DNA of 53,429 nt from a virus. Taxonomy: Duplodnaviria; Caudoviricetes. Location of the stretch: positions 1 through 53,429 of the IMG/VR virus record IMGVR_UViG_3300048599_000234; one strand, 5' to 3'. Both the position numbers and the translations under genes were made by a program. Below are positions 17,888 to 26,332 of the stretch, one piece after another; position 1 is the stretch's first letter; each line of letters begins with the position of its first letter. Below the pieces are notes generated by a model. It saw nothing but the letters and a program-made list of their open reading frames with translations, was not told the origin of the DNA and ran no database searches.

Positions 17888-20428
17888 ATGGCAGGTAAAT
17901 ACGACGATTGCATCGATCGCGTCGTCAAGGCCTCGGGCGGCAAGCTGACGCGCGAGCAGGTCGAAGAAGCACTGACGGAACTCGACGCACGGGCCGAGCG
18001 CAGGGCAAAAGCCGGCCGATCGTCCGACGAATCGATGCGCGAGGCCGCGCAGGAGATGCAGGACGCCTTCATCGAACGAGCCGCCGTGCTGAAGCGCAAC
18101 GAACGCATGGACGTGCTGAAGGCGATCAAGTTCAACCGCTATGTTGGACGTGCGCCGAACGCCGCCACCGGCTTCGAGGCTTTTCTCGGCGGCGTCAATG
18201 TCGTGTTCGAGGGCTCGCGGCTCGGCATTGATCAGAAATTCAAGGCGTTCCGCAAAAAGCTCGGGGGAAGCTTTGAAACCGACCTTCAGCGCAACGGGCT
18301 CGACAAGCTGTTCCACTCCAAGACGCTAGAGCGGGAATGGGCGATCGAGCTGCACGAACTCAACAAGGGCGAACGGGGCAAGCCCGGCCTGACGCAGAGC
18401 GCCGACGCGCTGAAGATCGCCGAAGTGATCCAGCGCCACCAGAAGCTGACAGTCGAGACCCTGAATGGCGCCGGCGGCTGGGTGAAATCGTTGACCGGCT
18501 ATATCTTCCGCAACACCCACGACGCCATCAAGATCACCAAGGCCGGGATGGACCGATGGGCGGATGACGTGCTGGCGCATCTCGACATCCGGCGCACGTT
18601 CCACCACGACAATGCCGACCAGGCGCGGTTCGAACTGAAGAAGATGTTTCCGCAATTTGCGACCGGCGACCACCAGGACTATAGCCGCCCGCTGGATGAG
18701 CTGACGGCGACGCTCGGGATCGACCTCGGCTATAAGGTCTCGGCGCCGCGCGAATTGTTCTGGAAGTCGGCGGACGATCAGCTCGCCTATAATGCACAAT
18801 ACGGACGCTACAATCCGACGCTCGCGATCAAGAAGGCGCTGGAGGATTCGGCGCGGGCGGCATCGCTGCTCGATTCGTTCGGGTCGAAGCCGAAAGAGAC
18901 CTTCGAGAAGGCGCTGCACGAATGGGCCGGCAAGCTGCGCGAAGGCGGCAAGCTCGACCAGTACAAGCAGCTTGAGAAAAAGGAAGCCTATCTTCGCAGC
19001 CTGTTCGCACAGGTCGACGGTTCGGCCAACCGGCCTGTGAACGAAACCTATGCGCGGATCGGCTCGGATATCCGCATCGTCCAGCGGATCAGCAAGCTGG
19101 GCTTGACCCTGTTAGCCCAGCTCGCGGACCTCGCCACCAAGGCCTCCGAACTGCGCTACCAGGGCGTGAGCTTCGGCGAAAGGCACCTCAGCGCCCTGAC
19201 CGACTATTTCAAGGGCCCGATGGACGGCGAGAAGCGCCAGATCGCGGAGCTTCTCGGCCACGCGATCGATTCCGAAATCGCCAATATCTCGGCGCATTTC
19301 GATTATGGCGACATCGGCCACGACGCGCTGGCGCGCGCCGAACGCGCCTTCTTCCGCTGGTCGCTGATGAGCGCGATGACCTACAACCAGCGCCATGCCG
19401 CTGAGCGGATCATGGCTCGGCATATGGGGATGCAGCGCGGCAAGGCGCATGCCGAACTCGGCGGCGCCGAGGCTAGGGCAATGAAGTTGTTCGACATCAA
19501 CAAGGCGGAATGGGAGCTTCTGCGCAAGGTGGAGTGGAACGAGATCGGCGGCAAGACCTATCTGACGCCTGAAGTCGCGACGCGCCTGAGCGACGCAGAC
19601 GTGAAGGCCTATCTGGTCGAGACCGGCAAGCTGCACAAGGATGCGTCCGGCCCGGCCGTCGATCTGATGGTCAAGGATGCCCGCGACAATCTCGGGATCA
19701 AGCTCGCCAGCTATTTTGCCGATCGCGGCGAATACGCGGTGCTGGAAGTCGGCGCGCGCGAACGGGCGCGGCTCTACGGCGGCGCCAGCGAGGAATGGCG
19801 GCCGGGCACCGTCAAGGGCGAGGCGCTGCGCTTAATGCTGCAATTCAAGGCGTTTCCAACCGCGATGATCATGAAGACCTGGGGCCGCGAATTATACGGC
19901 CAGGAGCGCTCGCTCAACCAGGTGGCCGGCATCACCGAGTTCATCGCCTATGCGACGCTGCTGGGCGTCGCGGCCAGTGCCTTGAACCAGCTCGTCAAGG
20001 GTCAGGACCCGCTCTCGAAATGGCGGAACAAGCCGGGCGAGGCGCTACTCGCGGGCTTCATCCGCGGCGGCGCTGCCAGCATCTACGGCGATTATTTGCT
20101 GTCGGAATTCAGCCGGCACGGCTTTTCGTTCGTGCAGGGGCTGGCCGGACCGACCTTCGGTCAGGCCGACAGTTTGATGGAAATCTGGAACGCCTTGCGC
20201 AGCGGCAATGTAAAGGAGCAGACGGGGGTGGCGGCGGCGCGGCTGGCCCGCAACAACGCGCCGTTCATGAATCTCTGGTTCACCAAATGGGGCTTCGACG
20301 CGCTGGTCTATTGGCAATTCGCGGAATGGATGTCGCCGGGTTTCTCGCAACGGCTTGAGCGGACCACCAAGGAACGGCAGGGCATCGAATATCTGCCGCT
20401 GCTGGCGCCGACGACGGTGGCGCGCTAG
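17888..20428 (+). CDS. Large internal virion (ejection) protein, gp16-like
   Basis: 846 aa; GTVKGEALRLMLQFKAFP and RGGAASIYGDYL C-terminal motifs. Confidence 0.85.
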   Translation: MAGKYDDCIDRVVKASGGKLTREQVEEALTELDARAERRAKAGRSSDESMREAAQEMQDAFIERAAVLKRNERMDVLKAIKFNRYVGRAPNAATGFEAFLGGVNVVFEGSRLGIDQKFKAFRKKLGGSFETDLQRNGLDKLFHSKTLEREWAIELHELNKGERGKPGLTQSADALKIAEVIQRHQKLTVETLNGAGGWVKSLTGYIFRNTHDAIKITKAGMDRWADDVLAHLDIRRTFHHDNADQARFELKKMFPQFATGDHQDYSRPLDELTATLGIDLGYKVSAPRELFWKSADDQLAYNAQYGRYNPTLAIKKALEDSARAASLLDSFGSKPKETFEKALHEWAGKLREGGKLDQYKQLEKKEAYLRSLFAQVDGSANRPVNETYARIGSDIRIVQRISKLGLTLLAQLADLATKASELRYQGVSFGERHLSALTDYFKGPMDGEKRQIAELLGHAIDSEIANISAHFDYGDIGHDALARAERAFFRWSLMSAMTYNQRHAAERIMARHMGMQRGKAHAELGGAEARAMKLFDINKAEWELLRKVEWNEIGGKTYLTPEVATRLSDADVKAYLVETGKLHKDASGPAVDLMVKDARDNLGIKLASYFADRGEYAVLEVGARERARLYGGASEEWRPGTVKGEALRLMLQFKAFPTAMIMKTWGRELYGQERSLNQVAGITEFIAYATLLGVAASALNQLVKGQDPLSKWRNKPGEALLAGFIRGGAASIYGDYLLSEFSRHGFSFVQGLAGPTFGQADSLMEIWNALRSGNVKEQTGVAAARLARNNAPFMNLWFTKWGFDALVYWQFAEWMSPGFSQRLERTTKERQGIEYLPLLAPTTVAR

Positions 20429-20733
20429 CGGCGGAACATCTGCGTGATTGCCGAGAAAGCAGTTTCCGCGCCGACGAGCGCGAAAGTCAATATTAATGAG
20501 GGCGCCGCCACCGCGACCGCACCGTACCACGGCCAGCCCCAGCCTTTCCAAGCCCCGTAGAACGCGACACCGGTCGCGAAGATCGATCCAATAATGCCAA
20601 GCGCGAGCGCAACCACGAAGACAATCACTGCCAGGATCGACCCAATTCCCCACCATAGGTCGATGCCCTCCATGAAAGCGGCAGCTTGAACGATCGCGGC
20701 TGCGACATATAGGACCAACATAACCGCCTGCAT
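20425..20733 (-). CDS. Small multi-TM membrane protein (moron)
   Basis: 102 aa, almost entirely hydrophobic; antisense to the structural operon. Confidence 0.72.
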   Translation of the reverse strand: MQAVMLVLYVAAAIVQAAAFMEGIDLWWGIGSILAVIVFVVALALGIIGSIFATGVAFYGAWKGWGWPWYGAVAVAAPSLILTFALVGAETAFSAITQMFRR

Positions 20734-20745
20734 CTTCTCTGCCCC

Positions 20746-21069
20746 TCAGCGAAACCCACGAACAACAATGAGATGTGCCGCGAAAACCGCGGCGCCAGCG
20801 ACGTCCAAGTAAAACCAGACGTTGCGGCTCAGATGGATCGGAATAATTGGATTGAAGAGAATCGCGACCAGGCCCAGCAGCACGGAAAAGCTTCGCGCGA
20901 CCTGCCCTTCGTTCCAGCCGGCATAGGCGAACAGCGCAGCCGCGGCGCAGATGACAATTCGGGTCAGGGTGTAATAACCGTAGGGAAGGCGCGCCGTCGC
21001 GATCAGCAGCAGCGCGACCGGAATGAGCCAGACGTACCAGGGGATGGATTTTGTTGTCATGCCCCACAA
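20746..21069 (-). CDS. DUF6804-like membrane protein
   Basis: LPYGYYTLTRIVIC...ILFNPIIPIHL...W..LD motif. Confidence 0.75.
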   Translation of the reverse strand: MWGMTTKSIPWYVWLIPVALLLIATARLPYGYYTLTRIVICAAAALFAYAGWNEGQVARSFSVLLGLVAILFNPIIPIHLSRNVWFYLDVAGAAVFAAHLIVVRGFR

Positions 21070-21143
21070 CTACGATGCGGGCATCGTGCCTGAGTCTGCA
21101 ACCGGGAGTCGATAGGGCGCGAGCGAGTTATCCTCAGCTGGCC

Positions 21144-21299
21144 TTACTTGAGGTAGCCTTTTTTCTTTAGATGGTCCGTTAAAAGCTTCTCGATGAGGGC
21201 GGATAGCGACCGGCTGTCGTCGCGCGCGGCCTTTTCCGCAGCCAGCTTTAATGCGGGGCGGACGCGAATCAATATCTGCGTGCTTTTCTTTTCGTCCAT
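21144..21299 (-). CDS. Ribbon-helix-helix (Arc/CopG-like) repressor, 51 aa (not in ORF track)
   Basis: Translated by hand: MDEKKSTQILIRVRPALKLAAEKAARDDSRSLSALIEKLLTDHLKKKGYLK. Confidence 0.8.
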   Translation of the reverse strand: MDEKKSTQILIRVRPALKLAAEKAARDDSRSLSALIEKLLTDHLKKKGYLK

Positions 21300-21306
21300 T
21301 GGAATT

Positions 21307-21365
21307 TGTATATCACACTGATTGACAGTCCGCTCGTTCTGTGGTGTATATCAAGTCGATATACA
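21307..21365. promoter_or_regulatory. Divergent promoter with three TGTATATC operator boxes
   Basis: TGTATATCA at 21307 and 21345, inverted GATATACA at 21358; TTGACA at 21322-21327. Confidence 0.7.
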
Positions 21366-21426
21366 TGCGGCCCCCGAAGGTGTTTGAGCCACCTCCGAGG
21401 GCCTGACCCGACCCACGGAGTGGACC

Positions 21427-21879
21427 ATGGCCCAGGCTGAATCAGCATCTACCACACGACGAGATTTTCTTCGACTTGGCACGACCGCCGTTCTGTCCAG
21501 CCCGGCGGCCGTGACAATGGCGATGGCGGCGGGCAAGCGCGCCCACGTTCACACCGCCGCCATCGCCCACCCCGATGCGGCGCTGCTTGCTCTGGCCAGC
21601 CCGCTGCGGGCGGCGATGCTGGAGGAAAACGCAGCGATCGAAACAGATGCTCCTGCGGAAGTGGTCGAGGCGGCCTATGATCGCGCCGCGGCGCTCGTGC
21701 GGGCGGTGCCCGACATGGTCGCGCAGACGCCCGAAGGGCTTCGGGTGAAGTGCCTGGCGCTGCAATGGGCGCGCGGCATTGATGACGATTGGCAGTTGGG
21801 CGGCCCGGACACGACCGACTGGCAACTGCTCGGCTCGATCGTTCGCGACGTCGTCGCGATGTGCGAAGCCCGGCGGTGA
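21427..21879 (+). CDS. Hypothetical protein with twin-Arg-like N-terminus
   Basis: RBS GGAG; TRRDFL; HPDAALLAL...AQTPEGLRVK motif seen in rhizobial prophage proteins. Confidence 0.7.
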   Translation: MAQAESASTTRRDFLRLGTTAVLSSPAAVTMAMAAGKRAHVHTAAIAHPDAALLALASPLRAAMLEENAAIETDAPAEVVEAAYDRAAALVRAVPDMVAQTPEGLRVKCLALQWARGIDDDWQLGGPDTTDWQLLGSIVRDVVAMCEARR

Positions 21880-22298
21880 CCTATGAGGATTATATTCGTT
21901 CATCCCTATGGAAGGCCAAACGAGCCGAGGCGCTTGCAAGGGATGGTTTCCGCTGCCGCCTCTGCGATTCGCCTGGCGAACTCGAGGTTCATCACCGACG
22001 TTATCCGCAACAACTCGGCACGGAGAGTATCGACGATCTCACGACCTTATGTTGCGAGTGTCACGAGATCGCGACCACGATCATCCGGCGGCGACGCTAC
22101 GCAGGTCGCGATGTCACAACCGCCGACCATGCCGGTCGCGAAGCCGGAGAGTTCGGACGGGGACGGCGGGATGTGCGTGTTGCGCTTCACGATGCGCGGC
22201 GTCAGTCCTCTGCTGACCCATTCAAGCCGGCTCGCCAATCCGCTCGACGCGGTGACGAAGGAGATGAAGCGGATATCGAAGAAGCGGGCAAAGACTGA
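21876..22298 (+). CDS. HNH endonuclease
   Basis: GTGA-coupled; YEDYIRSSLW...RDGFRCRLC...LEVHHRRY...DLTTLCCECH. Confidence 0.85.
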   Translation: MTYEDYIRSSLWKAKRAEALARDGFRCRLCDSPGELEVHHRRYPQQLGTESIDDLTTLCCECHEIATTIIRRRRYAGRDVTTADHAGREAGEFGRGRRDVRVALHDARRQSSADPFKPARQSARRGDEGDEADIEEAGKD

Positions 22299-22386
22299 CG
22301 CCGATCTGGAATATCTCGCTCGGTTGGAATTTCTTGGCGGGCTGTGGCTGCAGGACGGGGAACCGTGCATTCCCGGCGAGGCGTAG
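22171..22386 (+). pseudogene. Truncated RAMP/Cas7-like (Vipr-like) protein, N-terminal 71 aa
   Basis: LRFTMRGVSPLLTH (first RRM strand, G-x-S/T-P-L) and GEPCIPGEA (P-x-I-P-G motif), then an immediate TAG; directly upstream of the pentamer array. Confidence 0.65.
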
Positions 22387-22406
22387 CCGCGTCAGCGGTT
22401 AGAGAC

Positions 22407-22516
22407 GCCATGGTGTGGCACGGCGGGGCAAGGCGTGTCTTGGCAAGGCTGGCTGTGGCAGGCTAGGGCAGGCCGAGGTGTGGTTTGGCCTGGTATGGCG
22501 GGGTCAGGCAAGGCAG
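22407..22516 (+). repeat. Phased GGY-NN pentamer array (22 units), candidate guide RNA
   Basis: Exact 5-nt period without indels; 17 of 22 units start with GGY and all 22 with G-N-Y; the last two bases are variable. Confidence 0.85.
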
Positions 22517-22520
22517 GGGT

Positions 22521-22554
22521 GAAAGGCCGTCTCTCTGAGGCGGCCTTTCCGTTT
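22521..22554 (+). terminator. Hairpin/terminator closing the pentamer array
   Basis: GAAAGGCCGTCTC-TCT-GAGGCGGCCTTTC followed by CGTTT. Confidence 0.7.
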
Positions 22555-22829
22555 GGCGCCGCGAGCAACGACGAGAGAAGCGCGCGGCCCGCCGGCGGAC
22601 GATCAGCAGCCCCGGCGATTCTGGGTCGGCCGCACAATCTCCGGCCCGGTCGCGCGACGGTCCCGGTGATCCGGCCGGCTTGAAGCCCGCGTCGGACCTA
22701 CAAACCCCGCTTTCTCGGTACTACGACGGGGAGGCGGGACCGCAGACCCCTATAGGCGCGAATCCGGCCGACGTCGAGGCGGCCTTTCCGTTTACCGGTT
22801 CGCGCTAGCGTCGCCCGCATGGAGGCCCG

Positions 22830-23285
22830 ATGCCCGACGTTGCGATTTTCGAGGCGATGATCGAGGACCTGAAGCTGCGCCGGCTGACCGGCCGGCCGGC
22901 GGTTGCGACGGATCGGCGCCAGGCTGAAGCGCAGGCGCTGCTCGACCGCATGCTCGATGCCGGGATACTACCGCGCGACGAACTGGCGCTGGCGATCAAT
23001 GGACTTCAGGTGCTGCGGTGCAACTTATTGTGGGCCGCGCAAAATCCGGGGCCGCCGCCGGACGAGGCCGAGATGGAGCGCCTCATGGCCTCTCTGCTGC
23101 GATCGCGCGCGCGATTTGCTGGCGAAACGATTCTAATGTCGCGCGATCTAATCGCAGCGCAAGATCGACTTGATGCGATGTTTCGATCAGGAGAATTACC
23201 TTCTGATCCTCATCAAGCTCTGCATGTGTTCCGGTCACGTCGTACTGATAGCGCGGCCGCATCGAGGCCTCCCGTCGAGACCTAG
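22830..23285 (+). CDS. Hypothetical protein
   Basis: RBS GGAGG; the 3' half overlaps a convergent ORF (23083..23262), so the extent is uncertain. Confidence 0.5.
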   Translation: MPDVAIFEAMIEDLKLRRLTGRPAVATDRRQAEAQALLDRMLDAGILPRDELALAINGLQVLRCNLLWAAQNPGPPPDEAEMERLMASLLRSRARFAGETILMSRDLIAAQDRLDAMFRSGELPSDPHQALHVFRSRRTDSAAASRPPVET

Positions 23286-23340
23286 CGTTTCCGAGTCGCG
23301 CACCGCGAGTCGATAGCGCAAGAACAGTTTTCCGCAAGTC

Positions 23341-23363
23341 AGCCGCCTCCGGGCGGCTTTTTT
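23341..23363 (+). terminator. Rho-independent terminator before the tail fibre
   Basis: AGCCGCC-TCCG-GGCGGCT followed by TTTTT. Confidence 0.8.
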
Positions 23364-23377
23364 ATTGAGGTTCACCG

Positions 23378-25102
23378 ATGACGACGACCGACCGCCGCTA
23401 CAGCGTGGCCGAAGGCCTTGGCGTGAAGGCACCCGTGCGGGTGGCGACCACCGCCTCGGTTGCGCATTCCGGCCTGCAGGTGATCGATGGCGTGCAGACG
23501 ATCGAGAATGACCGCATTCTCGACAAGGACCATGCCGACGGCACGCTGCGCGGCATCTGGCTCGCCTCGAGCGGCGACTGGCGGCGCGCGCCGGATTTCG
23601 ACGGCGACCGCGACATCACCCGGGGCACCCGGGTATTCGTCGCCGAAGGCTCGGCCAATATCGGCCGCGATTTCTACGTCACGACCGCAAACCCGATCAC
23701 GATCGGCACCACGGCGCTCACCTTCCAGTATTTCGGGGCGCTCGGCATCCTGGAGCTGGTCGACGACACGACGCCCCAGCTCGGCGGGACGCTCGACACC
23801 AATGCGAAACAGATCCGCTGGTCGAAAGGCGCCGACGTCGCGTCCGCGAACGCGCTCACGCTCGGCAATGACGGCAATTATTTTGACATCACCGGCACCA
23901 CGGCGATCACCTCGATCGCGACCAAGGCCGCCGGCACCCATGTGAAGCTGCATTTCGACGCCGCGCTGACGCTCACCCATCACGCCGTCAATCTGATCCT
24001 GCCGTCGGGCGCCTCGATCGCGGTCGCCGCCGGCGACGAGGCCGAATTCGTTGAATATGCGACCGGGCAATGGCGCTGCACGTCTTATCAGCGCGCCGCC
24101 GGAAAGCCGCTCGCAACCGACTTGGCGTTGGCGCTGTCGATGTTGAACGGCACGCTGGCCGAAAGCCGCAACGCCAACGCGGTCACGTTCGCGATCAAGA
24201 CTGTCGCCGGCAACGATCCGTCGCCAACCGATCCGGTCACAATCCTGTTCCGCGATGCGGCCGCCGGTACCGGCGGCCTGGTCGCTCGCACGGTCACGGC
24301 GGCGCTCTCGCTGACGCTTTCGGCGGGCTCGACGCTCGGCTTTTCCAGCGGGGTGCCGGGACGCCTGTGGCTGGTGGCGTTCGACGACGGCGGCACGGTG
24401 CGGCTGGGTGCCATCAATTGCCGTTCGTCCGCCGACATCTATCCGCTCGCCGGATGGAATATCGCCTCGTCCACCGCCGAAGGCGGCGCCGGCGGCGCCG
24501 ACAGCGCCTGGGTGTTCTACACCGCAGCCGCGGTCACATCGAAGGCCTATGCTTTGCTCGCGGCGGTGAACTACGGAGCCGGGCTCGCCACGGCCGGAAA
24601 CTGGGACGTGGCCCCGTCGCGGATGCAGCTGTTTGGTCCGGGCACCCAGCTGCCCGGCGAGATCGTCCAGACGCAGCTGACCGCGACCGGCCTGCTCGCC
24701 ACCGGCACGACGGTGGTGCCGGAAGACGACACCATTCCGCAGATCACCGAAGGCACTGAATTCATGACGCGGACGATCACGCCGACGTCCGGCGCCAATC
24801 TGATCGAAGTGGAGGTGCAGGCCTGCGCGGCGGTTTCGGCCGGCAACCGGATCGCGGGCGCGTTGTTCCTGGATGCGGTCGCGAACGCCCTGGCTGCGGG
24901 AATTCAGAACGCGACCAACGCCATCCCGGCAATATTGAGGTTGCGTATCTTCATGCTGGCGTCGTCGACCGCGACCATGACGCTGCGCTTTCGCGCCGGC
25001 CCGGTCAGCGCCGGCACACTCACCTTCAACGGCTCCGGCGGCTCGCGCGAATTTGGCGGGGTTGCCAATTCCTACATCATCGCCCGGGAGATCGTCGCAT
25101 GA
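23378..25102 (+). CDS. Tail fibre protein
   Basis: 574 aa; KAPVRVATT...SGLQVIDGV N-domain, DTTPQLGGTLD motif, Thr/Gly-rich; lies just before lysis. Confidence 0.82.
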   Translation: MTTTDRRYSVAEGLGVKAPVRVATTASVAHSGLQVIDGVQTIENDRILDKDHADGTLRGIWLASSGDWRRAPDFDGDRDITRGTRVFVAEGSANIGRDFYVTTANPITIGTTALTFQYFGALGILELVDDTTPQLGGTLDTNAKQIRWSKGADVASANALTLGNDGNYFDITGTTAITSIATKAAGTHVKLHFDAALTLTHHAVNLILPSGASIAVAAGDEAEFVEYATGQWRCTSYQRAAGKPLATDLALALSMLNGTLAESRNANAVTFAIKTVAGNDPSPTDPVTILFRDAAAGTGGLVARTVTAALSLTLSAGSTLGFSSGVPGRLWLVAFDDGGTVRLGAINCRSSADIYPLAGWNIASSTAEGGAGGADSAWVFYTAAAVTSKAYALLAAVNYGAGLATAGNWDVAPSRMQLFGPGTQLPGEIVQTQLTATGLLATGTTVVPEDDTIPQITEGTEFMTRTITPTSGANLIEVEVQACAAVSAGNRIAGALFLDAVANALAAGIQNATNAIPAILRLRIFMLASSTATMTLRFRAGPVSAGTLTFNGSGGSREFGGVANSYIIAREIVA

Positions 25103-25329
25103 TGACGCTGGTCCCGAACTGGCGCGCGGTGCTGTCGCGCGCCTGGAGCGCCTGGCTCCTCTACATCGTGATCGCGATCAACGCGGCCGACCTGCTCGTC
25201 TATTGGTTCGGTTCTGCGTTGCCCGGCCCGTTATGGGCCCGCGCGGGCGTGACAATTTTGGTGTCGTCGCTCGGGCTTTACGCGCGCCTGGTGTTGCAGC
25301 CGAAGCTGTCGAAGGCAGCCGGCGAATGA
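25099..25329 (+). CDS. Putative holin
   Basis: LVPNWRAVLSRAWS, two TM segments, ARLVLQPKL; coupled to the endolysin. Confidence 0.75.
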   Translation: MMTLVPNWRAVLSRAWSAWLLYIVIAINAADLLVYWFGSALPGPLWARAGVTILVSSLGLYARLVLQPKLSKAAGE

Positions 25330-25799
25330 ACGCCGCCCGCACCCGCGGCTCGATTCTGGGCGGCGGCGCCTTCGCCGTCATGGCGATCGCGGCGGTCGCC
25401 CAATTCGAAGGATTTCGTCCAACGGCCTATCTCGACATCGTCGGCGTTCCGACCATCTGTTATGGCGCGACGCGCGGCGTCACGCTTGGCGAGACCGCTA
25501 CCAAACAGGAATGCGACGCGCGCTTGCTCGATGAGCTGCGCGAATATGAGGCCGGCATGCTGGCCTGTCTCGAAACGCCCCTGCCGCCCAAGGTGCAGGT
25601 CGCCTTCGTTTCGCTGACCTACAATATCGGCACCGCCGCCTTCTGCCGCTCAAGCGTGGCGCGGCATGCCAATGTCAATGATCTGGCCGCTGCCTGCGAC
25701 GCCATCCTGAAGTGGAACAAGGCCGGCGGCCGCGAGATCGCAGGCCTGACGCGACGGCGCCAGGCCGAGCGCAAGATCTGCCGGGAGGGCCTGCGATGA
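25326..25799 (+). CDS. Endolysin, GH24 lysozyme with SAR-like N-terminus
   Basis: FEG...AYLDIVGVPTICYGAT (E-D-T triad), YNIG, GLTRRRQAE. Confidence 0.92.
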   Translation: MNAARTRGSILGGGAFAVMAIAAVAQFEGFRPTAYLDIVGVPTICYGATRGVTLGETATKQECDARLLDELREYEAGMLACLETPLPPKVQVAFVSLTYNIGTAAFCRSSVARHANVNDLAAACDAILKWNKAGGREIAGLTRRRQAERKICREGLR

Positions 25800-26059
25800 A
25801 ACTTCTCTGGTCGGTGGTGCCGCTGCCCTGGAAGCTCGGTGCCTTTGCCGTGCTGCTGGCCGGCGCCGGCTATGGCGTCTGGCACGTCTATTCCTCGATC
25901 GAACAGGCTGGCTATGACCGCGCTATCAACGATGTTGCCAAAACCAATGCCGTGGCCTCCGCGAAGCTTCGCGACGCGGTGCATCGCGCCCGCTCGTGTC
26001 GCGATTTTGGCGGCGATTGGGATCAGTCTCGCGGGCTGTGTCGGAACCAGCTCGATTAA
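25796..26059 (+). CDS. Rz-like inner-membrane spanin
   Basis: N-terminal TM segment plus helical tail, immediately after the lysozyme. Confidence 0.65.
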   Translation: MKLLWSVVPLPWKLGAFAVLLAGAGYGVWHVYSSIEQAGYDRAINDVAKTNAVASAKLRDAVHRARSCRDFGGDWDQSRGLCRNQLD

Positions 26060-26312
26060 GTTCGCGACCGTCAAGGAATTCTGCGACGGCCTGCCGGTGC
26101 AGAAATACGCGGTGCTGGGCAAGACAAGGTTCGATCAGCCCTGGATCGACGACGTGTCCGAAGGCCTGATCGCCGGCTGCAACCGCGAGCGGCCGCAAGT
26201 CCGGCCGGCTGAATGGGATGAGGCGGTGCCGCTGCCGAAGCCCAGGCCCGCGGCGAAGGCCGCGAAACCGAAGAAGAAGACGATCCGCGAGCGCCTGCGG
26301 ATCGGCGTCTGA
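25947..26312 (+). CDS. Rz1-like outer-membrane lipoprotein spanin
   Basis: Overlaps the Rz-like gene in another frame; lipobox SLAGC; start uncertain. Confidence 0.6.
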   Translation: MPWPPRSFATRCIAPARVAILAAIGISLAGCVGTSSIKFATVKEFCDGLPVQKYAVLGKTRFDQPWIDDVSEGLIAGCNRERPQVRPAEWDEAVPLPKPRPAAKAAKPKKKTIRERLRIGV

Positions 26313-26332
26313 CCCACAACCCGGAGATTGCC

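Noticed and set aside
22407-22516. CRISPR array or simple microsatellite interpretation; also ORFs 22435..22683 (+) and 22392..22637 (-)
   Set aside because: There are no 25-40 bp repeats with spacers, and the units are not identical as slippage would produce. The ORFs are low-complexity by-products of the repeat.
23378-25102. Diversity-generating retroelement, as in BPP-1
   Set aside because: No reverse transcriptase and no template/variable repeat pair was seen.
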